From an uncultured Nitrospiraceae bacterium (GTDB taxonomy: Bacteria; Nitrospirota; Thermodesulfovibrionia; Thermodesulfovibrionales; Dissulfurispiraceae), in contig CAVSHF010000003.1 in assembly GCA_963727805.1 (NCBI GenBank), positions 1,216,001-1,280,000 of the forward strand: 64,000 nt of DNA, in the 5' to 3' direction. A program made the translations under genes and the position numbers. Of this stretch, positions 30,610-41,669 are shown in pieces; within the stretch, counting starts at the first letter, position 1, and each line of letters begins with the position of its first letter. Under the pieces are notes generated by a model, which saw only the letters and a list, made by a program, of their open reading frames with translations, was not told the DNA's origin and made no database searches.

Positions 30610-31344
30610 CTACATATACATTCCGCCGTTTATATGAATTACCTGCCCAGTAATGTATCCGGTTTCGGGCGCCGCAAAAAAAGCGACGGCATTAGCAACA
30701 TCTTCGACCGTACCGAAACGGCCCATGGGGATCGATTTCATCATTTCGTCCCTTACATTTTCGGGTAAGGCATCGGTCATCGCGGTCGTAATAAAGCCGG
30801 GAGCAACAGCATTGGCCGTCACACCCCTACTCGCATACTCCCTCGCGGTGGTCTTGGTGAGTCCGACGATTCCCGCCTTTGAAGCGCCGTAATTGGCCTG
30901 TCCCGGATTCCCCATAAAGGCCACAACGGACGCTATGTTGACAATCCTTCCGTACCGCTGCCTCGACATCAGCCTAATCGCTTCCTTCGAGCAGAGGAAT
31001 GTCCCTTTCAAATTGATATTAAGAACAGCATCCCAATCCTCTTCCTTCATCCTCATTAATAGAGCGTCTCGCGTGATGCCGGCATTGTTGACGAGGATCT
31101 CGACCTTTTCGAACTCCTTTAGAGCAGTCTGGAAAAGCGCGCTTACATCAGCAGCGTTCGATACATCGGCCCTGGCGGGGATGCTCCTTACGCCGAGGGT
31201 TGTGATGTAGTCGGCAGTTTCCTTTGCTATGTCAAGATTGACGTCGACGACTATGATGTTGACTCCTCGGCGTGCCAGTGTCTCGGCTATGGCTTTGCCA
31301 ATTCCGCGACCACCTCCGGTGATTACCGCTGTCTGTCCCTTCAT
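30610..31344 (-). CDS. fabG: 3-oxoacyl-ACP reductase
   Basis: TGGGRGIG, NNAGITRD, NYGASK, VAPGFI.T.MT, GGMYM. Confidence 0.96.
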   Translation of the reverse strand: MKGQTAVITGGGRGIGKAIAETLARRGVNIIVVDVNLDIAKETADYITTLGVRSIPARADVSNAADVSALFQTALKEFEKVEILVNNAGITRDALLMRMKEEDWDAVLNINLKGTFLCSKEAIRLMSRQRYGRIVNIASVVAFMGNPGQANYGASKAGIVGLTKTTAREYASRGVTANAVAPGFITTAMTDALPENVRDEMMKSIPMGRFGTVEDVANAVAFFAAPETGYITGQVIHINGGMYM

Positions 31345-31440
31345 AAAACCCCTCCTGGGAAAAAATCGGCTTTCATTTTAACAGAGTAGTATACCTATTT
31401 CAAGTCGAAAATATCCAAGTGGCACACTCAATGAGTTGGG

Positions 31441-32286
31441 TTATAATCCCACCACTATATTATCGATCAACCGGGTATTCCCAATTTTTACTGCGATGGC
31501 AAGGAGATTTCTCTTTCCCGTCGCCATTCTTTCATTCAGCGTGTCGGGATCATAGATCCCTGCATACTGCAACTCGGTGACAAGAGGTTCCATTATCAGC
31601 CTTTCCTGCATGTGCTCCTTGATGACTCTCGGTTCTATGCCCTTTTCGACCATCCGTGCCGCTGATTGGAGTGTTTTATAAAGGATCGGCGCAGCTTCTC
31701 TTTCAGCCGGCAAAAGGTAGCGGTTTCTCGAGCTCATGGCCAGCCCGTCGCGCTCCCGAACCGTTGCGCAGGAGATACTTTCAACATTCAGATTGAGGTC
31801 GCTAATCATTTTTTGAATGATCCGTGCCTGCTGAAAGTCCTTTTGTCCGAAATAAGCCCTTGTCGGCAGGACCATATTAAAGAACTTACACACAATAGTC
31901 GCGACTCCGTTGAAATGATCCGACCTGAAGGCGCCGCAGAGTTTTTCTGAAAGCCCCTTAACCTCGACAGATGTCGAAAAACCTTCCGGGTACATGGCCG
32001 AAACATCAGGCACGAAGAGAATATCGACCTTCGCGGTTTCGAGCTTCTGCCTATCGCTCTCGAACTCCCTCGGATATTGTTCAAAATCCTCAGTAGGTCC
32101 GAACTGTGTCGGATTGACAAAGATGCTCGCTACAACCACATCGTTCTCGCTTCGGGCGCACTTGCTAAGGTAAAGGTGGCCTTCATGCAAAGCACCCATG
32201 GTCGGGACAAACCCTATCGTCTTACCCTGCGTTAGCAGCCTTCTAGACGTTTCTTTCATCATGCGTGGCGTGCGGATAATTTCCAT
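31441..32286 (-). CDS. panC: Pantoate--beta-alanine ligase
   Basis: FVPTMGALHEGH, SIFVNPTQF, FGQKDFQQ, GLAMSSRN, TRLIDN. Confidence 0.96.
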   Translation of the reverse strand: MEIIRTPRMMKETSRRLLTQGKTIGFVPTMGALHEGHLYLSKCARSENDVVVASIFVNPTQFGPTEDFEQYPREFESDRQKLETAKVDILFVPDVSAMYPEGFSTSVEVKGLSEKLCGAFRSDHFNGVATIVCKFFNMVLPTRAYFGQKDFQQARIIQKMISDLNLNVESISCATVRERDGLAMSSRNRYLLPAEREAAPILYKTLQSAARMVEKGIEPRVIKEHMQERLIMEPLVTELQYAGIYDPDTLNERMATGKRNLLAIAVKIGNTRLIDNIVVGL

Positions 32287-32403
32287 AAAATACTGTATAC
32301 AAGTTTTTGGCTAATAATCAAGCAGCCCTTTTCACTTACCATGTGCAACATAAGGCGACATTAGGAAAGCAGCAGTTCAATTCACCGCAAGAATTATACA
32401 ATT

Positions 32404-32745
32404 TTAACAGGTAAGATGAAGGCAGGCGATGGTCCTCTTTTGAAGGGAGAGGTCTTTATAAAGAGAGACTGCCTCTCCGGTTTTCTTCACATATACCTCG
32501 GTCCCTTTCGAAACATGTTCCCGAACTAAGTCTTGAGGGACTTTTAATGCACCATTAAACCCGGTACCGATGATAATCGATTCAGGCCTTTCATTTACGA
32601 CATCCACAAGATCGTCTAGGTGCAGGGAATGGCCCGCCCTGCGCCTCCATGAAGAGTCGACTCTACCCGGATAGATGATCACATCCGCTGTATATCCCTT
32701 GCCGCCAACCGTAATTTTACCGAACGAGTAGTCTTCGATCCTCAT
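32404..32745 (-). CDS. Mth938-like (DUF498/DUF598) protein
   Basis: MRIEDYSFG, GHSL, IIIGTG, C-terminal LHLTC. Confidence 0.85.
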   Translation of the reverse strand: MRIEDYSFGKITVGGKGYTADVIIYPGRVDSSWRRRAGHSLHLDDLVDVVNERPESIIIGTGFNGALKVPQDLVREHVSKGTEVYVKKTGEAVSLYKDLSLQKRTIACLHLTC

Positions 32746-32928
32746 ATTTAATGAATATATAAAATTTCCCGGCACTTCACAATGAAATCCCTTTTATGCT
32801 AAAACACTAGAGACGGTTGAAGGATTCAGATGTCGAAGAGTTACTATGTCAAGACATAAAAATATGCTGGCATGTTATTTCATAACTTCTCAACGCCGGA
32901 ACTCAGTAACTAATTTTTGGAGGTTTTG

Positions 32929-34134
32929 ATGGCAAAAAAAATTGTTCTTGCCTATTCAGGGGGTCTCGATACATCCGTCGCGATTAAGTGGCTCAAGGAG
33001 ACGTATCATGCTGAAGTTGTCGCATACTGCGCCGACCTCGGACAGGACGAGGACCTGCAGGCAGTTAAGAAGAAGGCGTTGAAGACCGGCGCTTCAAAAG
33101 CTTATGTTGAAGATGCAAGGGAAGAGTTCGTCAGGGATTATGTCTTCCCCATGCTTAGAGCAAATGCTATTTATGAGGGTGTCTATCTGCTCGGCACATC
33201 GATAGCACGTCCTCTGATCGCAAAAAAGCAGATAGATATAGCGATCAAAGAAAAGGCGGATGCAGTGGCACACGGCGCTACTGGCAAAGGCAATGACCAG
33301 GTCCGCTTCGAGCTGACATATTATGCACTGAAACCAGGCATACAAGTTATCAGCCCCTGGCGCGAATGGACCTTTGATTCCAGGCAATCGCTCATCAGTT
33401 ATGCTAGAAAGCATAATATACCTGTAGACGCCACAAAAAAGAAGCCCTACAGCACTGATAGGAACGTCCTCCATATCAGCTATGAAGGTGGCATCTTGGA
33501 AGACCCTTGGGCGGAGCCGCCGAAGGATATGTACACTATGATGGTACCTCCCAATAAGGCGCCCGACAAACCTACTTATATCGAGATCGATTACGAAAGA
33601 GGAAATCCGGTAAAGCTGAACGGAAAGGCCCTTTCACCGTTTAAGTTCTTTCAGCAGCTCAACAAGATCGCAGGATCGAACGGTATCGGGAGGGTCGATC
33701 TCGTCGAGAACCGCTATGTCGGCATGAAATCGCGGGGCGTCTACGAGACCCCGGCGGGCACCGTTCTCCATGTCGCTCACAGGGCCGTCGAATCGCTCAC
33801 TCTCGACAGGGAAGTCTTACACCTTCGGGATTCCTTGGTCCCGAAATACGCCGAACTCGTCTATTACGGCTTCTGGTTCTCGCCTGAAAGGGAGATTCTT
33901 CAAAATACGGTAGATATGATCCAAAAAGATGTAACAGGGACAGCGCGGCTGCAGCTCTACAAGGGCAACTGCCTCGTAGTCGGAAGAAAGTCGCCCAAAT
34001 CGCTGTACCATCCCGAACTTGCGACTTTCGAATCGGAAAAGATCTATAACCAGAAGGATGCCGAAGGATTCATCAAATTAAATGCTCTTCGCCTCAAAGT
34101 CAGGAGCTTACTGAGAAATGATAATAGGAAATAA
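32929..34134 (+). CDS. argG: Argininosuccinate synthase
   Basis: [40 protein letters not shown]. Confidence 0.97.
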   Translation: MAKKIVLAYSGGLDTSVAIKWLKETYHAEVVAYCADLGQDEDLQAVKKKALKTGASKAYVEDAREEFVRDYVFPMLRANAIYEGVYLLGTSIARPLIAKKQIDIAIKEKADAVAHGATGKGNDQVRFELTYYALKPGIQVISPWREWTFDSRQSLISYARKHNIPVDATKKKPYSTDRNVLHISYEGGILEDPWAEPPKDMYTMMVPPNKAPDKPTYIEIDYERGNPVKLNGKALSPFKFFQQLNKIAGSNGIGRVDLVENRYVGMKSRGVYETPAGTVLHVAHRAVESLTLDREVLHLRDSLVPKYAELVYYGFWFSPEREILQNTVDMIQKDVTGTARLQLYKGNCLVVGRKSPKSLYHPELATFESEKIYNQKDAEGFIKLNALRLKVRSLLRNDNRK

Positions 34135-34154
34135 ATGGATCATGTTTCAGCTAG

Positions 34155-35015
34155 AGGAGCCTGGATAAGAATACTATAATTAGCAGCGACCCTTATGGGA
34201 AATCGATTGCCCGGACCATCGCCGCTGAGTTCACAGCAGAGGGCTGTACCATTGTCAGCGGTATAGCCTGCGAAGCCCGCGCGATAGATACCACGGGGAA
34301 TAAAGGGGCGCTGAAGGCGGAAGGTAGAAGTATCGCCGTGCTCGATCGCGGCATCGATACGCCCTATCCTCGCGAAAACAAATCGCTCTTAAAGAAACTG
34401 GTCGAAAACAGCGCTGTCATCAGCGAATTCACGCTCGGTACCTCACCGAACCGGAAGAACTTTCTCAAAAGAAACAGGCTCATTAGAGGACTTTCGCCAG
34501 GCCTGCAGATCATCAAGGCCAGCGCCGGAAGCGGCTCATTGATAACCACTCATTATGCCCTCGAACAGGGCAAGGGAATCTTGCCGTCCCGGAGGCATCA
34601 TCTCCATGAATTCCTTGGGGCACTAATGCGATTAAAAAGAAAGGAGCAAAACTGGTTCATCATGTCAACGAGATCATCGGCGAGTTGACTCCGCTTCTAG
34701 GAGGCTGCTCAGAAGATTCCGAATGAGACCGATAAAAAGGGGCACGACATGGTTACTGTTCTTGGCGGACTTGAAATAAACAATAAAGAAAAGGCAATAT
34801 GTAGTGTTCTGGGGAGCGACCCCCGCCATATCGATGTAATCTCCCGAGATACCGGGATAGCCTCTCAGAAATTGTCGGGAATTCTGCTTGACCTTGCAAT
34901 GAAAGGTATACTAAAGCAGCCTGAAGGTAAAAGATTTGTGATACTCAAGACAACACAAACCAGGATCATACTCCGGCAGCCTGCACTGTCTGCTAGACAG
35001 TCTCGCTTATTATAA
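34155..35015 (+). pseudogene. dprA: Degraded dprA (DNA-processing protein A)
   Basis: Fragments PYGK..TIVSG, YPREN, VISEF, NFLKRNRLIRGLS, SGSLIT..ALEQG, then frameshifts; winged-helix tail (HIDVI...LLDLAMKG) in another ORF; N-terminus and start codon missing. Confidence 0.88.
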
Positions 35016-35117
35016 ATTCCGGAAGTAGTGCATAAGTGCGCGATGTGTTTGCGTTTGTGCGACGATGTAAGAAAATACCGCATTTAGGGCGTGTGGACTT
35101 GCTATATAGGGAGGAGA

Positions 35118-35402
35118 ATGGCAAGAAGACTGATGGATCTGCTGAGGGTCCTTGCAAAGGAAATCATCGAGAAGGGTTACGATGCCGATGACGCGTTGCA
35201 GAAGATCAACGTCGTCGACATAGATTTTATTACCGTTAAAGAGGAGCTCCACACTCTCGAGCAGTCGAAACATATCGACGATGCCGAACTGGACACTATA
35301 AAGGCGCTCCTCGCATATATACTCATGAGGGACTCCGACCTCGAAGTCGAGGACGTCTATGCCTTTATTTTCGGTAGAGGGCGTCAAATCATATGGAATT
35401 AG
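35118..35402 (+). CDS. Hypothetical acidic protein at the Smg/DUF494 position (dprA-X-topA)
   Basis: SD GGAGGAG, ATG 35118; synteny only, family not verified. Confidence 0.65.
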   Translation: MARRLMDLLRVLAKEIIEKGYDADDALQKINVVDIDFITVKEELHTLEQSKHIDDAELDTIKALLAYILMRDSDLEVEDVYAFIFGRGRQIIWN

Positions 35403-35432
35403 CTGAATTCATCCGGAATCAGGAGGAAGATT

Positions 35433-37739
35433 TTGAAATCTCTGGTCATAGTCGAATCGCCCGCCAAGGCGAAGACCATCAACAAAATACTCGGAAGTGA
35501 TTTTGACGTAAAGGCCTCTATAGGGCATGTAAAAGACCTGCCTGCAAAGGAACTCGGAGTAGATGTAAAAAAAGGTTTTGCGCCCACTTACATCATTATC
35601 CCCGGCAAGGAAAAGATTATCAGGGACTTAAAAAAAGAGGCGAAAAAAGCCGAAAGGGTCTACATCGCAACTGACCCTGACCGCGAAGGAGAAGCTATCG
35701 CCTATCATATCGCCGAGGAGATCAAAGATCCAAAGAATCCTGATAAGATCTTCAGGGTCGCCTTTCACGAAATCACGGCAAAATCGGTCAAGGAAGCTAT
35801 CAACCATCCTGGTGCGATCAATACGGACAAAGTCGACGCGCAACAAGCGCGCAGGATCCTTGACCGTCTCGTCGGATACAATCTCAGCCCATTCCTGTGG
35901 AGGAAAGTCCGAAGGGGATTAAGCGCCGGAAGGGTCCAATCCGTTGCCGTGCGGCTCGTTGTCGACAGGGAGCGCGAGATCGAGGCCTTCAATAAGGAGG
36001 AGTACTGGACCATCGAGAACATACTCGAATCACCCAAAATTTCCGGAGTCTTAATCCCGGCAAGACTATTTAAATACGCTGATTCCCTCGTCGTCGATCG
36101 CGATAAACCCGAAGGACAGAGGTTCCTGATCAGTACAGCAGAAAAAGCTCAGCAGGTTGTCGATGATATCAAAGGCAAGGAATGCTTCCTTGCAAAAATC
36201 GACAAACGCCTTAAGAAAAGGACCCCTGCGGCGCCGTTCATCACCAGCACCATTCAGCAGGAAGCGGCGCGAAGGCTGCGGTTCCCCGCGAAAAAGACCA
36301 TGATGATTGCCCAACAACTCTATGAAGGTGTCGAACTCGGGGCCGAGGGCTCTGTCGGTCTGATCACTTATATGAGGACCGATTCTTTCAGAATTGCTCC
36401 CGAGGCGCAACAATGGGCGCGAGATTTCATCGGCAATAAATTCGGTAAAGACTATGTACCCGAAAAGGCACCCTTCTACAAGAGCAAACAGGCAGCCCAA
36501 GAGGCCCACGAGGCTATCAGACCGACTTATGAAGATAAATCGCCCGAAAAAGTAAAGCCTTTTTTGCACAGGGACCAGTACAATCTTTACAAGTTAATCT
36601 GGAACCGCTTCATCGCCAGCCAGATGAGCCCGGCGCAACTTGAACAAACGACCTTCATCATCGGTCTCAGAGACAACGGTCGTGATGTTCAGGGCATCGA
36701 ATTCAGGGCATCCGGAATGGTAATCAAATTCCCCGGCTTTATGGCCCTCTATACCGAGAGCAAGGACGATATTGAGGAAGAGGAAGGGGGCTTGCTTCCT
36801 GCACTATCCGAAAATGATACGCTCGAACAGAAGGAAATCAAACCCGTTCAGCACTTCACCCAGCCACCCCCACGCTACACCGAGGCGACCCTTGTAAAGG
36901 CATTGGAAGATAAAGGCATCGGAAGGCCGAGCACGTATGCCTCCATCCTCTCGACCATCCAGGACAGAAAATATGCCCAAAAATCCGACAACCGTTTTTC
37001 CCCTACCGAATTAGGCGTAGTGGTCAACGATCTGCTAGTTGAAAAGTTCCCCGAACTGATAGATTACAATTTCACGGCGACGATGGAAAATGAGCTTGAC
37101 GAGATTGAGCAGGCGAAGCTGAACTGGGTGAAGGTAGTCAAGGACTTTTTCATACCCTTCGATTTCGATCTGAAAGCCGCTGCAAAGGATACGGAGAGGG
37201 TCAAGCCCGAAGATATCCCGACCGAGATAGTCTGCGAAAAATGCGGCTCTCCCATGGTCATAAAATGGGGCCGACACGGCAGGTTCCTCGCCTGTTCCGG
37301 ATACCCCCAGTGCAAAAACACAAGACCGCTTGAGGGAGAGAGACCCCAGACAGTCGAAGATATCGCCACCGGTGAAAGCTGCGAAAAGTGCGGCTCTCCC
37401 ATGGTCATAAAGACGGGCAGATTCGGTAAGTTCGTCGCTTGTTCGAAATACCCCGAATGCAAGACAACCAAGCCGCTCTCTACAGGCGTCAAATGCCCCG
37501 TCGACGGAGGAGACATCGTCGAACGGAAATCGAAGCGCGGCAAACCTTTCTGGAGCTGCAGCAACTATCCAAACTGCACCTTCGCCCTGTGGTATAAGCC
37601 CGTCCCGGTGGAATGCCCGAAGTGCAAGGCTCCGTTCCTCGTCGAAAAGCGGAACAAGACCGGTGATATCTTCCAAGTCTGCATCGAAAAGCAGTGCGGA
37701 CACAAGGAAGAGGTGAAACAGCAGGAGGGCGTGACGTAA
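35433..37739 (+). CDS. topA: DNA topoisomerase I with C-terminal zinc ribbons
   Basis: LVIVESPAKAKTI, ATDPDREGE, SAGRVQS, LITYMRTDS, GIGRPSTYA, repeated C4 zinc ribbons. Confidence 0.97.
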   Translation: MKSLVIVESPAKAKTINKILGSDFDVKASIGHVKDLPAKELGVDVKKGFAPTYIIIPGKEKIIRDLKKEAKKAERVYIATDPDREGEAIAYHIAEEIKDPKNPDKIFRVAFHEITAKSVKEAINHPGAINTDKVDAQQARRILDRLVGYNLSPFLWRKVRRGLSAGRVQSVAVRLVVDREREIEAFNKEEYWTIENILESPKISGVLIPARLFKYADSLVVDRDKPEGQRFLISTAEKAQQVVDDIKGKECFLAKIDKRLKKRTPAAPFITSTIQQEAARRLRFPAKKTMMIAQQLYEGVELGAEGSVGLITYMRTDSFRIAPEAQQWARDFIGNKFGKDYVPEKAPFYKSKQAAQEAHEAIRPTYEDKSPEKVKPFLHRDQYNLYKLIWNRFIASQMSPAQLEQTTFIIGLRDNGRDVQGIEFRASGMVIKFPGFMALYTESKDDIEEEEGGLLPALSENDTLEQKEIKPVQHFTQPPPRYTEATLVKALEDKGIGRPSTYASILSTIQDRKYAQKSDNRFSPTELGVVVNDLLVEKFPELIDYNFTATMENELDEIEQAKLNWVKVVKDFFIPFDFDLKAAAKDTERVKPEDIPTEIVCEKCGSPMVIKWGRHGRFLACSGYPQCKNTRPLEGERPQTVEDIATGESCEKCGSPMVIKTGRFGKFVACSKYPECKTTKPLSTGVKCPVDGGDIVERKSKRGKPFWSCSNYPNCTFALWYKPVPVECPKCKAPFLVEKRNKTGDIFQVCIEKQCGHKEEVKQQEGVT

Positions 37740-37761
37740 TCCCCCTGAGTCAGGCCTGCTC

Positions 37762-38526
37762 ATGAGTACGCGCAAACCTTTCATAATAGGAATTGGCGGC
37801 GCGCACAGTTCCGTCGGCAAGACAAGCCTTGCTGCCGCAATTATCAGGTTTTTTACAAGCCGCCAGTCCGTGTACCCTTTCGGCAAACAGCCGAGACTCG
37901 GCGCGATTAAATATACCCGAACGCCTCTTTATGCTTCTCTCGTCGAAGATGCATCGCTTATCGGCATAGACCGTAAAGATACCGCGAGGCTTTCCGAAGC
38001 CGGGGCTGAAAAGGTGCTCTGGATTCAATCTCCGCGGACAGACCTCGAAGAGCTCGTTACCGTAGCCTTATCGAGACTCGCAGATCTTGACATAATAGTG
38101 ATCGAGGGGAACAGTGCGATTGAGTTTGCGAAGCCTGATATTGTAATATTCATAATTGGAGAAACTGAAAAGAGTATCAAGCCCTCTGCTCAAAAGCTTT
38201 TAAGTCAGGCTGATATTATTATCGTTCCAGACGCGGCTTGGACAGTACGTCTTGTCTCAATGACATCGGCGAAGACACATGCTGTGAAGGACTATCCTTA
38301 CGTATTTGATGATGAGGCCATACAGGTTATAATAAGTTTCATGGAAGAAATCGTGAAGAAAAAAAAGATTGAACGAATGCTGAAGGAAAGGGCTATTGAT
38401 GCCCGGATTACCTGTACTGCCGCGAGGATGATTGCTGAAGAGCTTAGCGTGTCATATAGTGAAGTCGGTAACGCAGCGACCGAGTTGAAAATCAAGATCA
38501 AGAACTGCGAGCTCGGTTGCTTCTGA
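37762..38526 (+). CDS. P-loop (MobB-like) protein fused to a C-terminal Cys-containing domain
   Basis: IGIGGAHSSVGKTS, VIEGNSA; C-terminal ITC..A...ELKIKIKNCELGCF. Confidence 0.7.
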   Translation: MSTRKPFIIGIGGAHSSVGKTSLAAAIIRFFTSRQSVYPFGKQPRLGAIKYTRTPLYASLVEDASLIGIDRKDTARLSEAGAEKVLWIQSPRTDLEELVTVALSRLADLDIIVIEGNSAIEFAKPDIVIFIIGETEKSIKPSAQKLLSQADIIIVPDAAWTVRLVSMTSAKTHAVKDYPYVFDDEAIQVIISFMEEIVKKKKIERMLKERAIDARITCTAARMIAEELSVSYSEVGNAATELKIKIKNCELGCF

Positions 38527-39341
38527 TGGATACCATACTTTTCGAATTGGCCGTTACCGGCTACTTTGTCGCCACCGTCCTCGGCATCTTCGATATATTT
38601 AGGGGCGGCAAGCAATCATCGAAGCTGATGATCTCATTTGCCGCTGCCGGTTTTGCCGTCCACACCTCATGCATACTTTATCGCTATGTTGTTGGCGGCC
38701 ACCTGCCCGTAACCAGTATGCATGAAGCGACTTCTTTCTTTGCATGGTGCATCGTGCTTATTTACTTCTTCCTCGAATTCAGGTACAAGATCGGAATCAT
38801 GGGATCGTTCACCCTCCCCATCGTATTTCTGATGATGCTCTCTGCAGCTTTTCTTCCGAGGGCAATGGCACCCCTGAGTCCGGCGCTTCAGAGCAACTGG
38901 CTTTGGATACATACGATCTTTGCCTTTGTCGGCAATGCAGCATTTGCCGTTGCCTTCGGAGTCGGCATTATGTACCTGCTCCAGGAGCATTACTTGAAAT
39001 CAAAGCATTGGGGCGGTCTCTTCCAGAGACTCCCAAGCGTGCAGGTCCTGGACGAAATCAACCATAAGCTTATTAACATAGGGTTCCCATTTCTCACAAT
39101 GGCTATCATCACAGGCTCGCTCTGGGCCGAAAACACTTGGGGGAGATACTGGCGCTGGGACCCTAAAGAGGTCTGGTCGCTCATCACTTGGTTTGTCTAC
39201 GCAGTCATATTCCATCTGCGACTTACCGCGGGATGGCGCCAGAAAAGGGCCGCCTTGCTCTCCATAATCGGGTTTATTATCGTATTATTCACCTTTTTCG
39301 GTGTTAATCTTCTTTTGAAAAGTGTTCACACATTTCAATGA
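38526..39341 (+). CDS. ccsA: Cytochrome c biogenesis CcsA/CcsB (ResC/HemX-like) membrane protein
   Basis: LQSNWLWIH, tryptophan-rich motif WGRYWRWDPKEVWS, terminal His; coupled to hemA. Confidence 0.88.
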   Translation: MDTILFELAVTGYFVATVLGIFDIFRGGKQSSKLMISFAAAGFAVHTSCILYRYVVGGHLPVTSMHEATSFFAWCIVLIYFFLEFRYKIGIMGSFTLPIVFLMMLSAAFLPRAMAPLSPALQSNWLWIHTIFAFVGNAAFAVAFGVGIMYLLQEHYLKSKHWGGLFQRLPSVQVLDEINHKLINIGFPFLTMAIITGSLWAENTWGRYWRWDPKEVWSLITWFVYAVIFHLRLTAGWRQKRAALLSIIGFIIVLFTFFGVNLLLKSVHTFQ

Positions 39342-40609
39342 ACATCCTCGTCATCGGACTGAATCATAAGACCGCATCCGTAGAAGTGAGGGAACGGCTT
39401 GCCTTCAACGGCCCGAAGCTTGAAGAGGGTCTCTTAAAGGTTAGACAACTGTCATCTGTGAATGAAGCAGTGCTCCTTTCCACCTGCAACAGGGTCGAGA
39501 TCTATTTGGCAGTAGGGGACAGAGTGGCAGCAACAGAAGCAGTAAATGATTGCATCTCGTACTTTCACAATATCGAACGGCGGGAGTTCGAGACGTCTCT
39601 TTATGTCTATAATAATTCTGAAGCAGTGCGCCACGTGTTCCGTGTGGCTTCAAGCCTTGATTCGATGATCGTCGGGGAACCTCAGGTCCTCGGCCAGCTC
39701 AAAGATGCATTCGAGTTCGCTCTCTCGAAAAAAACGACTGGCGTCTTCCTGAACCGCCTTATGAAAAAGGCGATCTCGACTGCCAAAAGAGTCCGAACCG
39801 AAACAAAGATCGCCGAAAATGCCGTATCCATTAGCTTTGCAGCCGTCGAACTCGCCAAGAAGATATTCACTGAGCTCTCCGGCAAATCCTTCATGCTGCT
39901 GGGTGCGGGCGAGATGGCCGAACTTGCCGCCCGCCACCTCGTCAACAGCGGAGTAAGTGATGTAAAGGTCGCAAACCGGACTTATGAGCGCTGCTGCGAG
40001 CTCGCGCAGGAATTCTGCGGCAAGGCAGTCCGCTTCGAAGATTTCGTCAAGGAACTGGTCCATACAGATATCCTCATCTGCTCCACGGGAGCGCCTTCTT
40101 ATGTCCTTCTCAAAGATCAGATGCAACAGGTAATGAAAGAACGGAAGCACCGGCCGGTCTTTCTGATCGACATATCAGTGCCGAGAAACATCGATCCGGA
40201 TATCAATAAAATAGACAATGTCTACCTCTATAATGTCGACGACCTTCAGGAAGTCGTGGATACGAACATTCTCGGAAGAAAAAAAGAAGCAGCGAAAGCG
40301 GCAGCGATAGTCGACGAAGAGGTCGAAAAGTTCACGCACTGGCTTACTACCCTCGATTCGGTGCCTCTCATCATAGCCCTCCGGCAGAAGGCCGACGGTA
40401 TCAAGCAGGAGGAGATTGAAAAATTCAAAAATAAATTCCCCGATCTCGACAAGGAGAAAATGGAAGCGGTGGAACATCTCGCGAACGCGTTAACAAACAA
40501 GCTCATACATCACCCCACGGTTGCACTCAGAGAGAACGCTGAGGACCGTGAGATGATAACTATTGTGATAAAAAAACTCTATGGGATAAACGGAGACGAT
40601 GAAGAATAG
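39338..40609 (+). CDS. hemA: Glutamyl-tRNA reductase
   Basis: [46 protein letters not shown]. Confidence 0.97.
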   Translation: MNILVIGLNHKTASVEVRERLAFNGPKLEEGLLKVRQLSSVNEAVLLSTCNRVEIYLAVGDRVAATEAVNDCISYFHNIERREFETSLYVYNNSEAVRHVFRVASSLDSMIVGEPQVLGQLKDAFEFALSKKTTGVFLNRLMKKAISTAKRVRTETKIAENAVSISFAAVELAKKIFTELSGKSFMLLGAGEMAELAARHLVNSGVSDVKVANRTYERCCELAQEFCGKAVRFEDFVKELVHTDILICSTGAPSYVLLKDQMQQVMKERKHRPVFLIDISVPRNIDPDINKIDNVYLYNVDDLQEVVDTNILGRKKEAAKAAAIVDEEVEKFTHWLTTLDSVPLIIALRQKADGIKQEEIEKFKNKFPDLDKEKMEAVEHLANALTNKLIHHPTVALRENAEDREMITIVIKKLYGINGDDEE

Positions 40610-41576
40610 AAAGATCGTTATTGGAACACGCGGAAGCAAGCTTGCTTTGTGGCAAGCCGAATGGGTTAAGGCGGAATTACAGAGGCTCCATCCGGGGATA
40701 GAGGTCGGGCTAAACAAGATCAAGACGACGGGCGATAAAATACTTGATGTCCCGCTCGCCAAGGTGGGCGGCAAGGGCCTCTTCGTAAAGGAGATTGAAG
40801 AAGCACTATTACGGGGAGAGGCAGACATTGCGGTCCATAGCATGAAAGATGTGCCGACCGAGTTTCCTGAAGGGCTGCACTTAGCGGTCATATGCAAAAG
40901 GGAAGACCCTCGGGACGCCTTTATAGCACAAATCAGAAATCAACAGCCAAAAATCAATAATTTTGGGAGTCTACGTGAAGGGGCCGTGATAGGGACGAGC
41001 AGCCTCAGGCGCTCTTGCCAACTCCTGCATATCAGACCGGACCTGAAGATCGCTCAATTAAGGGGAAACCTCGGCACCCGCATCCAAAAGCTCGACGAAG
41101 GCCAATTTGACGCGATCATCCTCGCAGCCGCTGGAGTGAAAAGACTCGGCTGGGCTGAACGGATAACCGAAATCCTTTCTCCCGAGATGAGCCTGCCAGC
41201 GATCGGACAGGGCGCCATTGGGATCGAATGCCGGATCGACAGCGAGGTCAATGATCTCATCGCCTCCCTTAACGATTCCGAAACCTCAATCTGTGTGCGC
41301 GCAGAAAGGGCCTTCCTCGGGAGGCTTGAAGGTGGCTGTCAGGTGCCAATCGCCGCATACGCGAGGATTGAATCTCAAGTTCTTACAATGGAAGGTCTTG
41401 TCGGAAACCTTGCGGGGGATATCATAATAAAGGAACACATGGAGGGCCTGCCCGCTGATGCTGATTCAATCGGTCTTGCCCTGGCGGAAAAACTCCTTTC
41501 GCGCGGTGCAAAGAAAATACTCGACGAGGTATACGGCCGATGCGTCCCCGGAATAGACGGAGATTTGGCGAGCTAA
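40599..41576 (+). CDS. hemC: Hydroxymethylbilane synthase (porphobilinogen deaminase)
   Basis: [42 protein letters not shown]. Confidence 0.97.
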   Translation: MKNRKIVIGTRGSKLALWQAEWVKAELQRLHPGIEVGLNKIKTTGDKILDVPLAKVGGKGLFVKEIEEALLRGEADIAVHSMKDVPTEFPEGLHLAVICKREDPRDAFIAQIRNQQPKINNFGSLREGAVIGTSSLRRSCQLLHIRPDLKIAQLRGNLGTRIQKLDEGQFDAIILAAAGVKRLGWAERITEILSPEMSLPAIGQGAIGIECRIDSEVNDLIASLNDSETSICVRAERAFLGRLEGGCQVPIAAYARIESQVLTMEGLVGNLAGDIIIKEHMEGLPADADSIGLALAEKLLSRGAKKILDEVYGRCVPGIDGDLAS

Positions 41577-41669
41577 ATCTGCACTGAATCATACGGCTCT
41601 CCGATGTGACAGATTCCGGTCAACTCGGAATAATATCAACTTGAATCCACAGGAAGGTCTGAAGAATTA

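Noticed and set aside
35030..35075. GTGCG motifs resembling a group II intron 5' end
   Set aside because: No domain V/VI and no reverse transcriptase; the spacer is too short
37035..37886. 283-aa minus-strand ORF and a near-repeat within topA (about 37230-37450)
   Set aside because: Antisense shadow; the repeat is the normal duplicated zinc-ribbon coding sequence
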